A DNA stretch of 32,071 nt from Octopus bimaculoides. Taxonomy: Eukaryota. The translations under genes were made by a program, and so were the position numbers. The number at the start of each line of letters is the position of its first letter. Within the stretch, counting starts at the first letter, position 1. This document shows positions 10,945 to 22,283 of this stretch, piece after piece. Below the pieces are notes generated by a model, which was given only the letters and a program-made list of their open reading frames with translations, did not search any database and was not told where the DNA came from. Where the stretch lies: the NCBI RefSeq assembly GCF_001194135.2, contig NC_068984.1:135146862-135178932 (forward strand), in the 5' to 3' direction.

Positions 10945-11180
10945 TAAAGACTGTGAACCAGCAGAATCAACACGGCGAACAACAAGCTTAGCAGCTGTTC
11001 CCCTGGTTTCATTACGTTTTGCTTGCAAATAACACTGAGGTCAATTTCGCTTTTATGCTTTCGATAAAATAAGTACCACTTGAGCACTGGGGGTCAATAA
11101 AATAAATATCGCTCGTGCAGTTGGGTCGATAAGATAATAACCACTCAAGCACTGATGTCGATGTAGATAACTAGACCCTC
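10945..11180 (+). mobile_element. SINE family A, degenerate, with a triplicated internal cassette
   Basis: A degenerate head at 10945-10995 is followed by three tandem 32-33 bp units at 11061-11157. Confidence 0.7.
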
Positions 11181-11882
11181 ACGCATTATTAAAGGCTCAG
11201 TGACTGTAGAAAAACGAAGTACGATACCAATATTATTTCTTACACATATACTGTTAGGTAAACATTATGCTATACGTTAAATTGTCAAATTAATTTCAAA
11301 GTGATTTCTTTTTTAATTTCTGCCGGTGGATTTACAAAAATGGCTTACAAATGCTTGCTTCACGAAGTCGATATTCTGATTTCCATCTATTACAAGAATA
11401 AGGTCTATGTTACGGAGATTAATATTCTTATTAGCAGAAACAACGAAATATATGTAGCCATGTTCTATACATATCGGGCAAACGATGAATATTTTACATG
11501 GTTGCTCATCTTTTTGTTTTGTAAAAGGACATGTTGGATTACGTGGTTCACTGCCCCACAAAATGCAACATGACGTCGTCTTTCATTATTTAGCAACTCA
11601 AGCAGCGCTGCCTTTGAGGCAAATATCAAAAATCACTTCTGATATGTTATATTCAAATAGCACTACAATTTCTAATATACTTTAACCATTCTGCTTTCAT
11701 TTCATTTTGTAATTTCATAAATTATATATCAATTAAACACTTTTGCTGTAGAAGTATGTACGATTATTTGTGAAATAACATCAAAATAATTGTATCACAT
11801 GAGAGTGAATGTAATTAAACGAAAAATATAGAAACACTCGGTAGTATTAAGTAGAGAAGTACACTGTTATTTTCTAATATTA

Positions 11883-11884
<2 letters not shown>

Positions 11885-11919
<35 letters not shown>

Positions 11920-11948
11920 CACGTGCGTGCGTGTGTGTGAGTGTGTGT
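11885..11948. repeat. (TG)n microsatellite
   Basis: Direct reading. Confidence 0.95.
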
Positions 11949-13327
11949 ATTATCACTCAAGTTTTGCGTCTTCACATCCGGAGCTGGAAATTGACAGTTG
12001 ACGATTTATCACTATTTAAAACGTCATGAGAGACATTGAGAAATATTAGACTTAAATTTTGGACGTAACAGAATCCTTATTCTGTTCCATCTACTGATAA
12101 AGAAAGACTTACTATTCATTCTTATTAGGCTGCATTTAATATTTACTACTGTTATTTTTTGTTTGCTTTATTATACAAGTAGTATATTTTCGAAGAAGAG
12201 ATTACTCTTTATTATATTCATTTAATTTTATTAATAGGATAATGTCCTCTTTTATTAAAACAAACAAAAAAAAAAGGTATTCTGGAGAATAGATTAATTT
12301 CCTTGAACACACTTGTTCGTAAAAATATTATTTGTAAATCCTTTTCTAATTGATTTTACGTATCAATGAGAACTTAACACTCTCTATATAATTTCGCACA
12401 GAATTTATGTACCGAGTATCAAGAGCCTGTTGACTGAAACGTATGAGATTAAAATGTCCAATCAGAATCGCAATGAAACGCTTGAATGGAAGTTGAACTG
12501 CCAATTTATAATTTGCCTACTCAGCAATTAACAGCTACAATTATCATTACCGTAACTAGGGTACTTTCCTATTCTAAAACCATTATCTGATACATAAATT
12601 AGATTATTAAGGTGGTGATTGTTGATATAAATATCATTGGTTGTTTAGGAAATATAAACATTAAATGATCTTCGTGTATAAATATTTGCTTTCATGGTCA
12701 AAATATCTAAGACGTAAAGAGTAACTCAACTCGGTAAATGTTGCACATTAAATCGAGTGATAAACGGAACTAATTATTCAAACATTTGAAAGCAATTATT
12801 CAAACAACTTTTTTCAACAGGTGTCCTGAAATGGGAAATCATTCTTATTGACACTTGAACCGCAGTGAGACAGGTTGTGACGTGCAAGACTTTTGGAAGG
12901 GATTTAGCGGCAGAAATAAGATATAATCATTTTTGATTTTTTTTTTACCGTAAATGATAAAAAAACAAAACAAAATACAGACTTAGTCTGCCAGATATTC
13001 ATCAGACTTTTATCTTTTTCTTTTTCCGTGGAGAATAAATATAACCGACTATGAAGGAGAGGGTAGAGGTATGAAGAAAATAATCGAAGGTAGTAATAAA
13101 GGCAACACAATCAAATTGTTGAAAAACCAGATCTATTTATAACACATGGTCAACAACAGGTCAGTGGTTTCAGACCAATTATAGAAGCTGGCATCTGAAG
13201 CTATTTAAAACTAAAACTAGACACAGATTAATTTTTCTATTGCTTTACCTTCATACTTGATCTCTGTTTTTTCCATACTGTATTTTTTTTTCATCAGATT
13301 CAATATAACGTAATAATAATGAATTCT

Positions 13328-13450
13328 AAAACTGGCACAAGAACATAAATGTTGAGGAAACGTTGCAGTCGATAAAATCGAACACAGATACTTATTTTAT
13401 CGACCTTGAGAGTTTATGCTTAAGCACTGTGAGATTTGAAGGCAGAACAA
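13328..13450 (-). mobile_element. SINE family A fragment
   Basis: GTCGATAAAATCGA...TACTTATTTTATCGACC...GAGATTTGAA matches the reverse-complemented body. Confidence 0.55.
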
Positions 13451-13668
13451 CTGATTACTTTCATCTTCTTTACTATGTACAATCTTAATGGAATAATGAT
13501 GATTCTTGACACATACATGTGTTCACTTTTGTGAGAAGTGGATATGCATTGAGAATAATTACATTTTATAGTAAAGCTGGGTAAGATATGAATTCCCGAA
13601 GCGATGTAGCTAAAGGCAGGAAGCCAATTTTCTGTCGCTTTGCTGATAATAATATTTTGCCATGCATC

Positions 13669-13880
13669 TAAAAGTGGCACCAAGCAGAATCATTAGCACG
13701 TCAGGCAAAATGCTTAGCAGTAATTAGTTCGTTTTTACGTTCTGAGTTAAAATTCGTCCGAGCTCGACTTGTGTTTAATCCTTTCAGGGTCGATAAAATA
13801 AGTACCAGTGGAATCGATGTAATTGATTTACTCCCTGTCCCGAAATTACTGGCCGTGTGACAAAATTTAAAACAAATATT
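13669..13880 (+). mobile_element. SINE family A, near full length
   Basis: GCAGAATCATTAGCACG..GGCAAAATGCTTAGC...ACGTTCTGAGTTAAAATTC...TCCTTTCAGGGTCGATAAAATAAGTACCAG...TCGATGTAATTGA. Confidence 0.85.
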
Positions 13881-13887
13881 ATCTCCC

Positions 13888-14045
13888 CACAAAATGCTTA
13901 CCGGTATTTGTTTCGGCTTTATGTTCTAAGGTTAAATCCTGCCGAAGTCGATTTTGCATTTCATCGTTTCGGGAAGGAGTAAAATAAGTACTAGTTCAGA
14001 ACCGGATAGAGTTGTTATAAAATGTTTGCCTCCTTGACACTAGCA
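13888..14045 (+). mobile_element. SINE family A, 5'-truncated tandem copy
   Basis: AAAATGCTTACCGGTATTT...CTGCCGAAGTCGATTTTGCATTTCATC...AAAATAAGTACTAG. Confidence 0.65.
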
Positions 14046-14155
14046 GAATTATTAACAAAGTATTGAAGAGATCAAATAGCATGGTATCTTAGGATGCAGT
14101 TAGGAAGCCTGCTAATCGTGCACGAGTCTGTTAGTTCTAAAAAAACCCGAGTTAA

Positions 14156-14226
<71 letters not shown>

Positions 14227-14230
14227 TAAT
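14156..14230. repeat. (TAA)n microsatellite at the 5' junction of the R4/Dong copy
   Basis: Direct reading. Confidence 0.95.
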
Positions 14231-15490
14231 AAACAGCTGGAAATATTACTACAGACAGGACACTACAAATGATAAACAGCTGGAAACACTACTACAGACA
14301 GTACATGAATTTACCAAAGAAANNNNNNNNNNCAAAGCAACCCTGAAAAGAGGAAAACTAGTTAAGAGTAGCAACATCACACTAGATAAAGCCAATGAAA
14401 TAAGAGAATTAGACCAAAGCCAGACATACAAATATTTAGGAATCAATGAACTAGATAGGATACAACACATACAAATGAAACAGAAAATAAAGAAAGCATA
14501 CTATAGACGAGTTAGATCAATACTAAAAACAGAGATCAATGCTAAAAACAAGATAATAAGTACTAACACTTTAGCCGCCCCAGTTATAAGTTACAGCTAC
14601 AATATCCTTAACTGGACACTAAACGAACTAAAGAAAATAGACAGGAAAACAAGAAAAATAATGACAGGATCTAGGATGCACCACCCAAAATCTGACATAG
14701 AAAGGCTATATATACAGCGTAAAGAAGGTGGAAGAGGCCTTATACAGCTGGAAAACTATTATGAAATAACCACCATAGGACTGCGAAAATACCTACTTCA
14801 GAAGCAAGGAAAACTAATACAAATATCCACAAAAGACGAGCAAAACAAAAAAACTGACTTCAGTATTTAAGGAAGCTAACAAATACAGACAAGAAATCAT
14901 ACTACCTAATAAATATGAAGGAGAGGAAGAAGAAGAAGAAGTAGAAGAAGAAGAAGCAACAAAGGCTATAAAACAAATGAAATCCAAACTAAAACTAGAA
15001 CAACAACGGTCCATGATAAAACGATGGCAAGAAAACCCCTTCATGGCAAATACTGGGCTAAACTAAATGCAAAAGAAATAGACGGAGAAAACTCCCAGCA
15101 ATGGTTGAGAAGCTCAGGACTCAAAGCAGAGAATGAAGGACTTTTAATTGCAGCACAAGACAAAATCCTCCTCACCAGAAATTACCAAAAACATATAATG
15201 AAAAGAAACATAACAAGTAAATGCAGAATATGTGGCGATGGACAAGAAACAATAAATCATATTATCTATGGCAGCCCAATCCAGGCTAAGAAAGAATATA
15301 TTCAGACACGACAGAGCTGGGACCTGCATACACTAGAAGCTATGCCAACACTATGGAATAACAACAGAAAAAAGATGGTATAGGCAAACGCCAGAAATGG
15401 TCACAGAAAACGAGAAAGCAACCATACTCTGGGATATGCCAATACACACAGATAGAGAAATTCAGGCCAATAGGCCAGATATAGTATTAT
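14229..15490 (+). mobile_element. Decayed, 5'-truncated R4/Dong-clade non-LTR retrotransposon (RT C-terminal part, CCHC knuckle, start of RLE endonuclease)
   Basis: Translation gives DKQLETLLQTVHEF...YKYLGI...NWTLNELKKIDRKTRKIMT..MHHPKSDIERLYIQRKEGGRGL, then KPLHGKYW...SGLKAENEGLLIAAQD...CRICGDGQETINHIIYGS (degenerate CCHC). After a frameshift it gives RHDRAG...ILWDMPIHTDREIQANRPDIV (RHD and PD motifs). It has stops/frameshifts near 14870, 15030 and 15305 and a 10-N gap. It starts right after (TAA)n, apparently downstream of the RT YxDD motif. Confidence 0.9.
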
Positions 15491-15501
15491 GTTTTTAGTA
15501 T

Positions 15502-15633
15502 TGACCTATTGGCCTTAATTTCTCTATCTGTGTGTATTGGCATATCCCAGAGTATGGTTGCTTTCTTGTTTTCTGTGACCTTTTCTGGAGTGTGCCTATA
15601 CCATCTTTTTTCTGTTGTTATTCCATAGTGTTG
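15502..15633 (-). mobile_element. Inverted copy of the RLE-proximal segment of the same R4/Dong family
   Basis: The reverse complement matches 15346-15477 over 132 bp with about 6 mismatches. It abuts (ATT)n at 15634. Confidence 0.9.
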
Positions 15634-15910
15634 ATTATTATTATTATTATTATTATTNNNNNNNNNNNNNNNNNNNNNNNNNNNNNNNNNNNNNNNNNNN
15701 NNNNNNNNNNNNNNNNNNNNNNNNNNNNNNNNNNNNNNNNNNNNNNNNNNNNNNNNNNNNNNNNNNNNNNNNNNNNNNNNNNNNNNNNNNNNNNNNNNNN
15801 NNNNNNNNNNNNNNNNNNNNNNNNNNNNNNNNNNNNNNNNNNNNNNNNNNNNNNNNTAGTAGTAGTAGTAGTAGTAGTAGTAATATTATCATTATCATTA
15901 CTATTATTAT
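15634..15910. repeat. (ATT)n, gap 15658-15856, then (TAG)n and degenerate ATT repeats
   Basis: Direct reading. Confidence 0.95.
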
Positions 15911-16246
15911 GTTTTTGTCTTCAAATTTTCTTCCATTTCTTGCCGAGTGTTTTCCATAAACCTAGGGCAGAGAAGCTCATTGCATGTATTCCCAGTCTAC
16001 ACACGCAAATTCACAGGTAAAATATGTATGTCAAAAAAATTAATAAAGAAATTCATGAATGGATGTTGTTTTCACAGCGATAATGCTCTTCTCAGCACAT
16101 GAAGCGTTCCAGTTAACCTGATTTTTTGCACTTCCTATAGGGATGGTAAGCCTGGGATCATTTTCAAATAGGTTTCAGCATCTGTTTTTTTTCATTCCTA
16201 GGGATCCTACAATCACTGGTACGGTAGCCGCCTTGAGATGCCGCAT
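15911..16246 (-). mobile_element. 3' end (RLE C-terminus plus 3'UTR) of an R4/Dong-like element, second family
   Basis: The minus strand reads MRHLKAATVPVIVGSLGM/DAETYLKMIPGLPSL*EVQKIRLTGTLHVLRRALSL*, typical of an RLE C-terminus. ATT-type repeats flank both sides. It shares TTTCTTGCCGAGTG and TTCACAGCGAYAATRCTCTTCTCA with 20334-20640. Confidence 0.85.
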
Positions 16247-16263
16247 TTATTATTATTATTATA

Positions 16264-16326
<63 letters not shown>

Positions 16327-16330
16327 ATAT
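16247..16330. repeat. (ATT)n microsatellite
   Basis: Direct reading. Confidence 0.95.
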
Positions 16331-16339
16331 TTAAAACCG

Positions 16340-16960
16340 TCTCACACAAATAGAGGATGGGGGTCTCATACAACGATAAAATGACAAGAGTGGAATTCGA
16401 TAAATACTGAGAAGCAAGGAAGCTGAAAGTGAATATTGTGATGGAACTTTCAAGAAAAAATTTGTATATACGGAAACATTACAATGCAAACTAGAACTTA
16501 ATTAAACTGAAGAAAATTGTTTAGGTAAAGAAAAAACTGGCAATACACATCAAAAAAGAAAAAAAACCCCTGATATATTTGAATAGGATTCCGAAATAGG
16601 CTATTTAAAGCAAAGAAAAAATCTTGCAAGATTCGATTGAGAGGAAATAAACCGAGTTAAAGCGAACAATAGCTGAAAAGCTCGGGGCTAAAAGCTGAAA
16701 CAGAAGCTCCGATTTTAGTTGCACATGGTCAAGACCTAGCCATAAATAATTACGAAAACAATACAATAAAAAAGTATGCTAAAATTAAGTGCAGACTATG
16801 CAATCAGTATAATGAAACAATGGAACACATAATTCCCAGCTGCTCAGACGTTGCCAACTTTGAATAGAAGATATGAACGAACACGATGAAGTTGACAGCT
16901 ATGTCTGGGCAATATGCCGAGAAGTCGACGTAAAACACATAGGGAGTAATATAAACATGT
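16340..16960 (+). mobile_element. Older R4/Dong-like fragment (thumb to CCHC region)
   Basis: Reads EDGGLIQ near 16350, then SGLKAETEAPILVAH...KCRLCNQYNETMEHIIPSC (intact CCHC spacing) and an HDEV remnant. It begins just after (ATT)n. Confidence 0.75.
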
Positions 16961-17699
16961 GCCACGCAAAGTACTTGTCAATCCCGTCATAGCGAAATAT
17001 CACAGAAAGCGGGGTGGAGGGACTATCAAAATGCAAATAATTGAAACCGAAATAAGCTGGATGTGGAGGATGAGAGTGGGAGCAAGACTAATAATATTTG
17101 GAAACTATGCATCATATAAAATAAAATATTGAACAAGAAAAAAAAAAACATAAAAACATATACTTGGGCCCGAAACATATCACAGATTCAAATAATCATG
17201 TGCTACAGCACACGTTCTACACAAGAAACTTTCTATGCAACGGCACAGCTAAAATAGTGCATTCCGGCAGCACAATAATGTTACACAATAAAGTAACTCA
17301 CGAAACACTTTGCAAAATCACCATCAAACACTGTGGCATCACCGCAGAACATATACTGAACAATAGCAACAACCAATAAAATTATACATCACATAATTTT
17401 ACATAATTAATACCAACCTAACACAAAGCATTCATGTCTTTAAATGTCATCTATACAATTGATACGTAATAATATGACGGAATCGCACACGTACAAGACA
17501 TAGTCACTCTCCTACATTAAAAGGTGTAATGGTAATCCAACTTCACATTAAAAAACATAAACACCACCAGACAACGTAATACACGTAGCCACAAAATAGT
17601 GTATAGAAGAAAGCAAAAAATTGTTCGTAAAATAGAATATAACCGCGTATCCACCAAATAAATAGATATCTCACGCCTCAGTAAGACCGGTCTGCACTT

Positions 17700-17947
17700 G
17701 GTGGTGCAGAATGTGATACCAATAGTGATTGAGGCACTTGGAAGTGCCAGTGGCCAACTACCAGCGTGGTTAAAATGGCTGGTATAAACTCAGTACTGCT
17801 TGGAACTGCCACAGTTCTCTCCAAGCGTCTTGAAGCATGATCAGTAAATAAGTGTCACCTTATTCTGCTGGTTTTGGGAAGCTGACAGATTCCATCCTAC
17901 CCAGTATAATAAGCAAAGAATTTTCATCGAAATAACAATAATAATAA
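17700..17947 (+). mobile_element. 3' end of an R4/Dong-like element
   Basis: Reads VIPIVIEALGS...LPAWL / SVLLGTATVLSKRLEA*, then about 90 nt of 3'UTR ending in AATAACAATAATAATAAT. Confidence 0.7.
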
Positions 17948-18159
17948 TGGTTTAAAATTTAGGCACAAAGCCAGCATGTTAGGGAAACAAGTTGATAACA
18001 TCGAATTCAGTGTATAACTTGTACTTAATTTATTGGCTCCCGAAAGGATGGAAGTAAAAGTCGAGCTCCGCTGAATTTGAACACAGAGAATAAAAACCGA
18101 CGAAAGACTGCTAAGATCTTTTCCGGGCGTGTTAAAGATTCTGTCAGCTCATCGCCTTA
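17948..18159 (-). mobile_element. SINE family A, full length
   Basis: Collinear with the copy at 2951-3157, ending in ...GATTCTGTCAGCTCATCGCCTTA. It sits directly after the TAA-like tail of the R4/Dong 3' end. Confidence 0.8.
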
Positions 18160-18299
18160 ATAGTAGAAGTAGTAATATTAGCGGTAGGAGTAAGAAACAT
18201 AGCAATAGTAGTAATGGCTTTAACATATACCATAATAGTAAAGACTAGATGATTTGAGAGGTTGATATAGCATAGTATATGAACGGATTTAAATTGTAT

Positions 18300-19400
18300 G
18301 ATACTGCTGGTTAGGTATTAGAAACACAGCTGCAGACGGTACACAAATTTACCATTGGAATTGGAATGTGATTCGGATTATGGAAATGCACTAAAGAAAT
18401 CTTCGAGAGAAGTGATTAAGATCTTTCAAACCATGTTAGATAAGAAAACAGGGATAATTTTTCACCAAACATATACTGAGAAATATAAAATTCAATGGAC
18501 TTCATACAATATAAAAGACATAAATGAAAGAAAATATCAGAAATAAATATTGCAGAGACATGATTATTACTTAAAACAGACATGAATGACACAAGAAGAA
18601 GCAAGAAAAAGGAAGAAAAATGCCTTTAAGCATTTTGTCTGTCGTGCCATGCCACCATGTACATTTGTGAATAATAATGGAAAACGAAAATTATTATCTA
18701 AACTACGACCCTTCCTCCCCATGTTTCTTTCACCAAGAATACCAATACTTAATGTGTTGAATCTATTCGTTTTGAAGAGAAAGAAAGAATAACAACAATT
18801 GTGAATAACTGAATCTTAATTCAAATTGTGACAACATAATGCCATGTTCAAGTGATGTCAAGAATAGCCATTATGTCGCCAGTATCTGTAAAAAAAACAA
18901 AACTGAAAATATTCTAAATAGTCAAGCAAAAATACGCCGAACTGGATAAGAATCGTAACGCTAAAATCTGAGTCAAACCAAGGGATGTAATAAAACAGAA
19001 TACGTTAAACGATTGCTCATTAGGCGTTGATGTGAAAGAAACAATTAATTACACAGTCTCTTTGTAACCTCAGAATTTATAGTGTACATCAAAGGAAGAA
19101 TTGTATTGATGCATTTCTAACATCGTCAGTTATCTCAGCATTATTGAAATTTCAATTGAAGTAGGTGATATAAACCAGAAAATTTCCAAGATAATTGTAA
19201 TGGTAAAGGTACTGTGTTCCGGTACATATAGATCCAGGCAGATATATAGATCAAACCTATCGACTCATATTATTGTCAAGGACTTCGAAGAAAGGAAACT
19301 AAACCTAGGCAATGTACGTATTTAAACAGACGTCAATAGGCACCCCCAGATTACCCAGAAATAAAGATTTGGAAATTGAGGTTACACTTGCACGACATAG
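18300..19400 (+). mobile_element. Possible very old Penelope-like RT relic
   Basis: Weak ordered remnants: QVMSRIAIMSP (~18860), LNDC (~19005, cf. YLDDC) and ADI*IKPIDSY (~19245, cf. TDIY.KPTD). These could be chance matches. Confidence 0.3.
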
Positions 19401-19543
19401 AGAATATGACACTATTGCGTCATACCGCTGTTCATATTTCGGTGTGTAAAAGATTAAAGATAGAAAGCTAAATGAAATTTCTTCATGAATATTAGGCGCA
19501 CAGAGCTACGTACGGTTGGACAGAGTGTATTGTACTAATAATA

Positions 19544-19676
19544 GTTTCGAATTCTGGTACAAGACCGGCAAATTTTGTGGGGAAAGGCATTAAAGTGGGT
19601 GATCATATAATACTTATTAGAATGCCACTAAGCATTTTATCCGACGCGCAAACGACACTGCTAGCTCACTGTCTTA
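19544..19676 (-). mobile_element. SINE family A with a large internal deletion
   Basis: The tail block (GTTTCGAATTCTGGTACAAGACCGGCAAATTTTGTGGGG) is joined to the head block (CACTAAGCATTTTATCCGACGCGCAAACGACACTGCTAGCTCAC). Confidence 0.6.
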
Positions 19677-19789
19677 TAATGCACGTACTAATAATAAAAA
19701 ATAATAAAATAACGATTTGTTTTGTCTCAGGTGTGTTAGATGAGAAATATACTAGAGAGACAAATTATGATTTCTGCTTGCGTGCGGAG

Positions 19790-20145
19790 GCACAGATGTG
19801 TGTTTAAAAATGAGTGAAAGGAAAAGTGTCTCTGTCTGTCTTATCTTCAACATCATTCGTTTTCAATTTCTTGTACAGTGATTTAACTTTGCAATCTTTC
19901 ATCCTACACAAGCCTGACATTCTTACTTCTAATAATAGCCGTTCAGTGGCCTTTTTTACATACCATGCTTTGTTGTTCGCATCTAACAAGTCCCCTTCCC
20001 ACTCTTTTTCTTGGTACATACAGTCTGTCTGTGTCACATTTTGCGTGGAGTGTCCCATATCTAGTTAGCAGCTTCCTTGTCTTTCTGTCTAAGCTGTTTT
20101 GTTCGTCTACTATCCATGCGATTACCCCTGCTCCATATCCATATC
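19790..20145 (-). mobile_element. R4/Dong-like fragment (thumb region)
   Basis: The minus strand reads RYGYGAGVIAWIVDEQNSLDRKTRKLLTRYGTLHAKCDTDRLYVPRKRVGRGLVRCE, homologous to the motif in the 14229-15490 copy. Its 5' junction abuts (TAA)n. Confidence 0.85.
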
Positions 20146-20193
<48 letters not shown>

Positions 20194-20245
20194 NNNNNNN
20201 NNNGTACAAGTTGGATCCAAGTCTCACCCAGAGACCTCAAGAGAC

Positions 20246-20333
<88 letters not shown>
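20146..20333. repeat. Two (ATT)n arrays (20146-20193, 20246-20333) with a 10-N gap at 20194-20203
   Basis: Direct reading. Confidence 0.95.
20204..20245 (-). mobile_element. Tiny non-repeat island between two (ATT)n arrays, probably an R4/Dong 3'UTR remnant
   Basis: 42 nt (gtacaagttggatccaagtctcacccagagacctcaagagac) lie between a 10-N gap and (ATT)n. It resembles a 3'UTR I recall from octopus elements of this type, but there is no in-window homolog to confirm this. Confidence 0.4.
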
Positions 20334-20637
20334 GTTTTCATTATCATCTTCTTCCAATTTTGTTTCCGTTTCTTGCCGAGTGACTTACCAATACCTTCCT
20401 GACATTTGTAGGCCATTAAAATAATCACCCCCAGATTGTTCATTTCTAAAAGTCAGGTGATAGAAAAAAGGAAAAAAAGGCAGAGAAAAAGAAAATAAAT
20501 TCAAAGTAAAAAAATAAATAAATAAAGGGTAAAAAGGAAAGAAAATTCACAGCGACAATACTCTTCTCAATACGTGTGACGTACCAGTCAATAAAATCGT
20601 TTGTGCTTCCCGCATGAATGATAATCCAAGGTCCATT

Positions 20638-20640
<3 letters not shown>
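20334..20640 (-). mobile_element. 3' end of an R4/Dong-like element, same family as 15911-16246
   Basis: The minus strand reads EAQTILLTGT/HVLRRVLSL*, followed by a 3'UTR sharing blocks with 15911-16090. (ATT)n flanks both sides. Confidence 0.8.
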
Positions 20641-20709
<69 letters not shown>

Positions 20710-20729
20710 ATTATTATTATTACTATTAT
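20641..20729. repeat. (ATT)n microsatellite
   Basis: Direct reading. Confidence 0.95.
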
Positions 20730-20894
20730 TTCGAACAGCGGAAAGTGTTTTCTGTATCGGAAGTATGAATGGTAAATTTGACTTCCGTGGCATTTTCAAT
20801 TGAGAATAAATAGGTAAAAGAAATACCACGATAATTTTTTAAACGGCTATAATGATTGCTCCCCCCCCGGCCACTAATGATATTAATTATAAGT

Positions 20895-21084
20895 ACGATG
20901 GCTCTACTTTGTGTTAAGTGGGTGGCTGTCGATTATATCTATTCCTAGTATTTTATCGGTCTCAGAACATAAGAAGCAACGTGAAACTCGGCAGGGATTG
21001 AACTCCGAACGCTAAGAACTGTAACACAATACCGCAAGTCATTTTGTCCGAGGCTATAACGATTTTGCTCACTCACCACCTAAA
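20895..21084 (-). mobile_element. SINE family A, degenerate
   Basis: GTCGATTATATC...TATTTTATCGG...CTCGGCAGGGATTGAACTCCGAACG...AACGATTTTGCTCACTCACCACCTAA. Confidence 0.6.
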
Positions 21085-21289
21085 GCAATGTCATAATTAT
21101 AAGATCCGTGAAAAACGTAAACATAATATCAAGATATCCTTCGATGTTTCCGATAAAATATAATTGGAAGTATAGTAACGTAATAAGGCCTCTCTGCATA
21201 CGCCTAGAACATTAAATTCAACGCCTTCCAGGGAGAAAAAAAGTGTAAGTGCTATGTACAAATAAATCTCCACCCATCTAGTCTAAGAA

Positions 21290-21618
21290 AATAACAATGC
21301 GAAAATAATATGAAACTATACCATATAAACAGTCCATCAGAGAACACATAATAAGTTTGACCTCATTTTCCATGACAAAATAGACAATAGTTTAGTGATT
21401 ATGGATATATCAATGTTGAATACCTATAATGAGCAGAAATGAATTAAAATGTTATAGGACAACACCCGCCTAACTGTTGAACATGACTCGTAATTGGTAA
21501 AAACTGTAACGATATGCATCAGATTGTTTAGGGATATTCACCGATAACTTATAATGACATAATCAACTTCAAGCAAGTAGCAATTATAGGACAGGTAAAC
21601 ATTGTTAGAACATTCTAA
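21290..21618 (+). mobile_element. Very old RLE-domain relic (R4-like C-terminus)
   Basis: THNKFDLIFHDKIDNSLVIMDISMLNTYN resembles the HNRPDIV...IIDVAIPN pattern. It ends in FKQVAIIGQVNIVRTF*, like the QK..I.G...IVR.F terminus. Heavily decayed. Confidence 0.5.
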
Positions 21619-22283
21619 CTCAGTTGTTGTTAAACTGAGAACATTTCTATACAAGTTTTCAAAAGTGCATTTAATTATTTTGAACAAAATGTCTTAATGC
21701 ATTTATGAAACTATGTATTATAAAGATTATTGATTAGTTTCGACTTTCACTAAAGACATTGTCAAGATTTATCTGCTACATATATAATTGCTACATATAT
21801 AATACAAGCCTAATCATTCTCACCCGATGTTATTTACACAGTTATATAAAGTTGGCTATACTTATTAATTAAGTGGGGCAGGAACACGCCATATTTGATA
21901 TTAGACAGTAGCCAAGTTTACGTTCATATGCTTATTAAACATGTGATTGTAACCGTGGTTATAATTTGAATATATACATGTGTAGTGAGTGTGTGTGTAC
22001 ATTTATATATCTAAGCAACTTATTTATGTACATGCGCTCCGAGAAATGTGCTTTCGTATATTTAAAGATATACCTGCATACATAATTTAATGAGATCTGT
22101 CATAAAATATCAAACTCCATGGTGCTATGAAGCCGTGCATACTAGTGAAATATATTGCTTATGTTTGCCCAATTACTTAAAAGGCACATTTATGCTGAGG
22201 TGTCTGCACACACACATACAAGAATTGAATAGTCCGAATTCTCAGAGCATCGGATATAAAGTCTTGCTGTATTGTTTGCGGCT

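Noticed and set aside
14094-14870. 258-aa ORF as a host gene
   Set aside because: The N-terminus is translated (TAA)n (poly-Ile) and the rest is a retrotransposon fragment lacking the RT catalytic motif.
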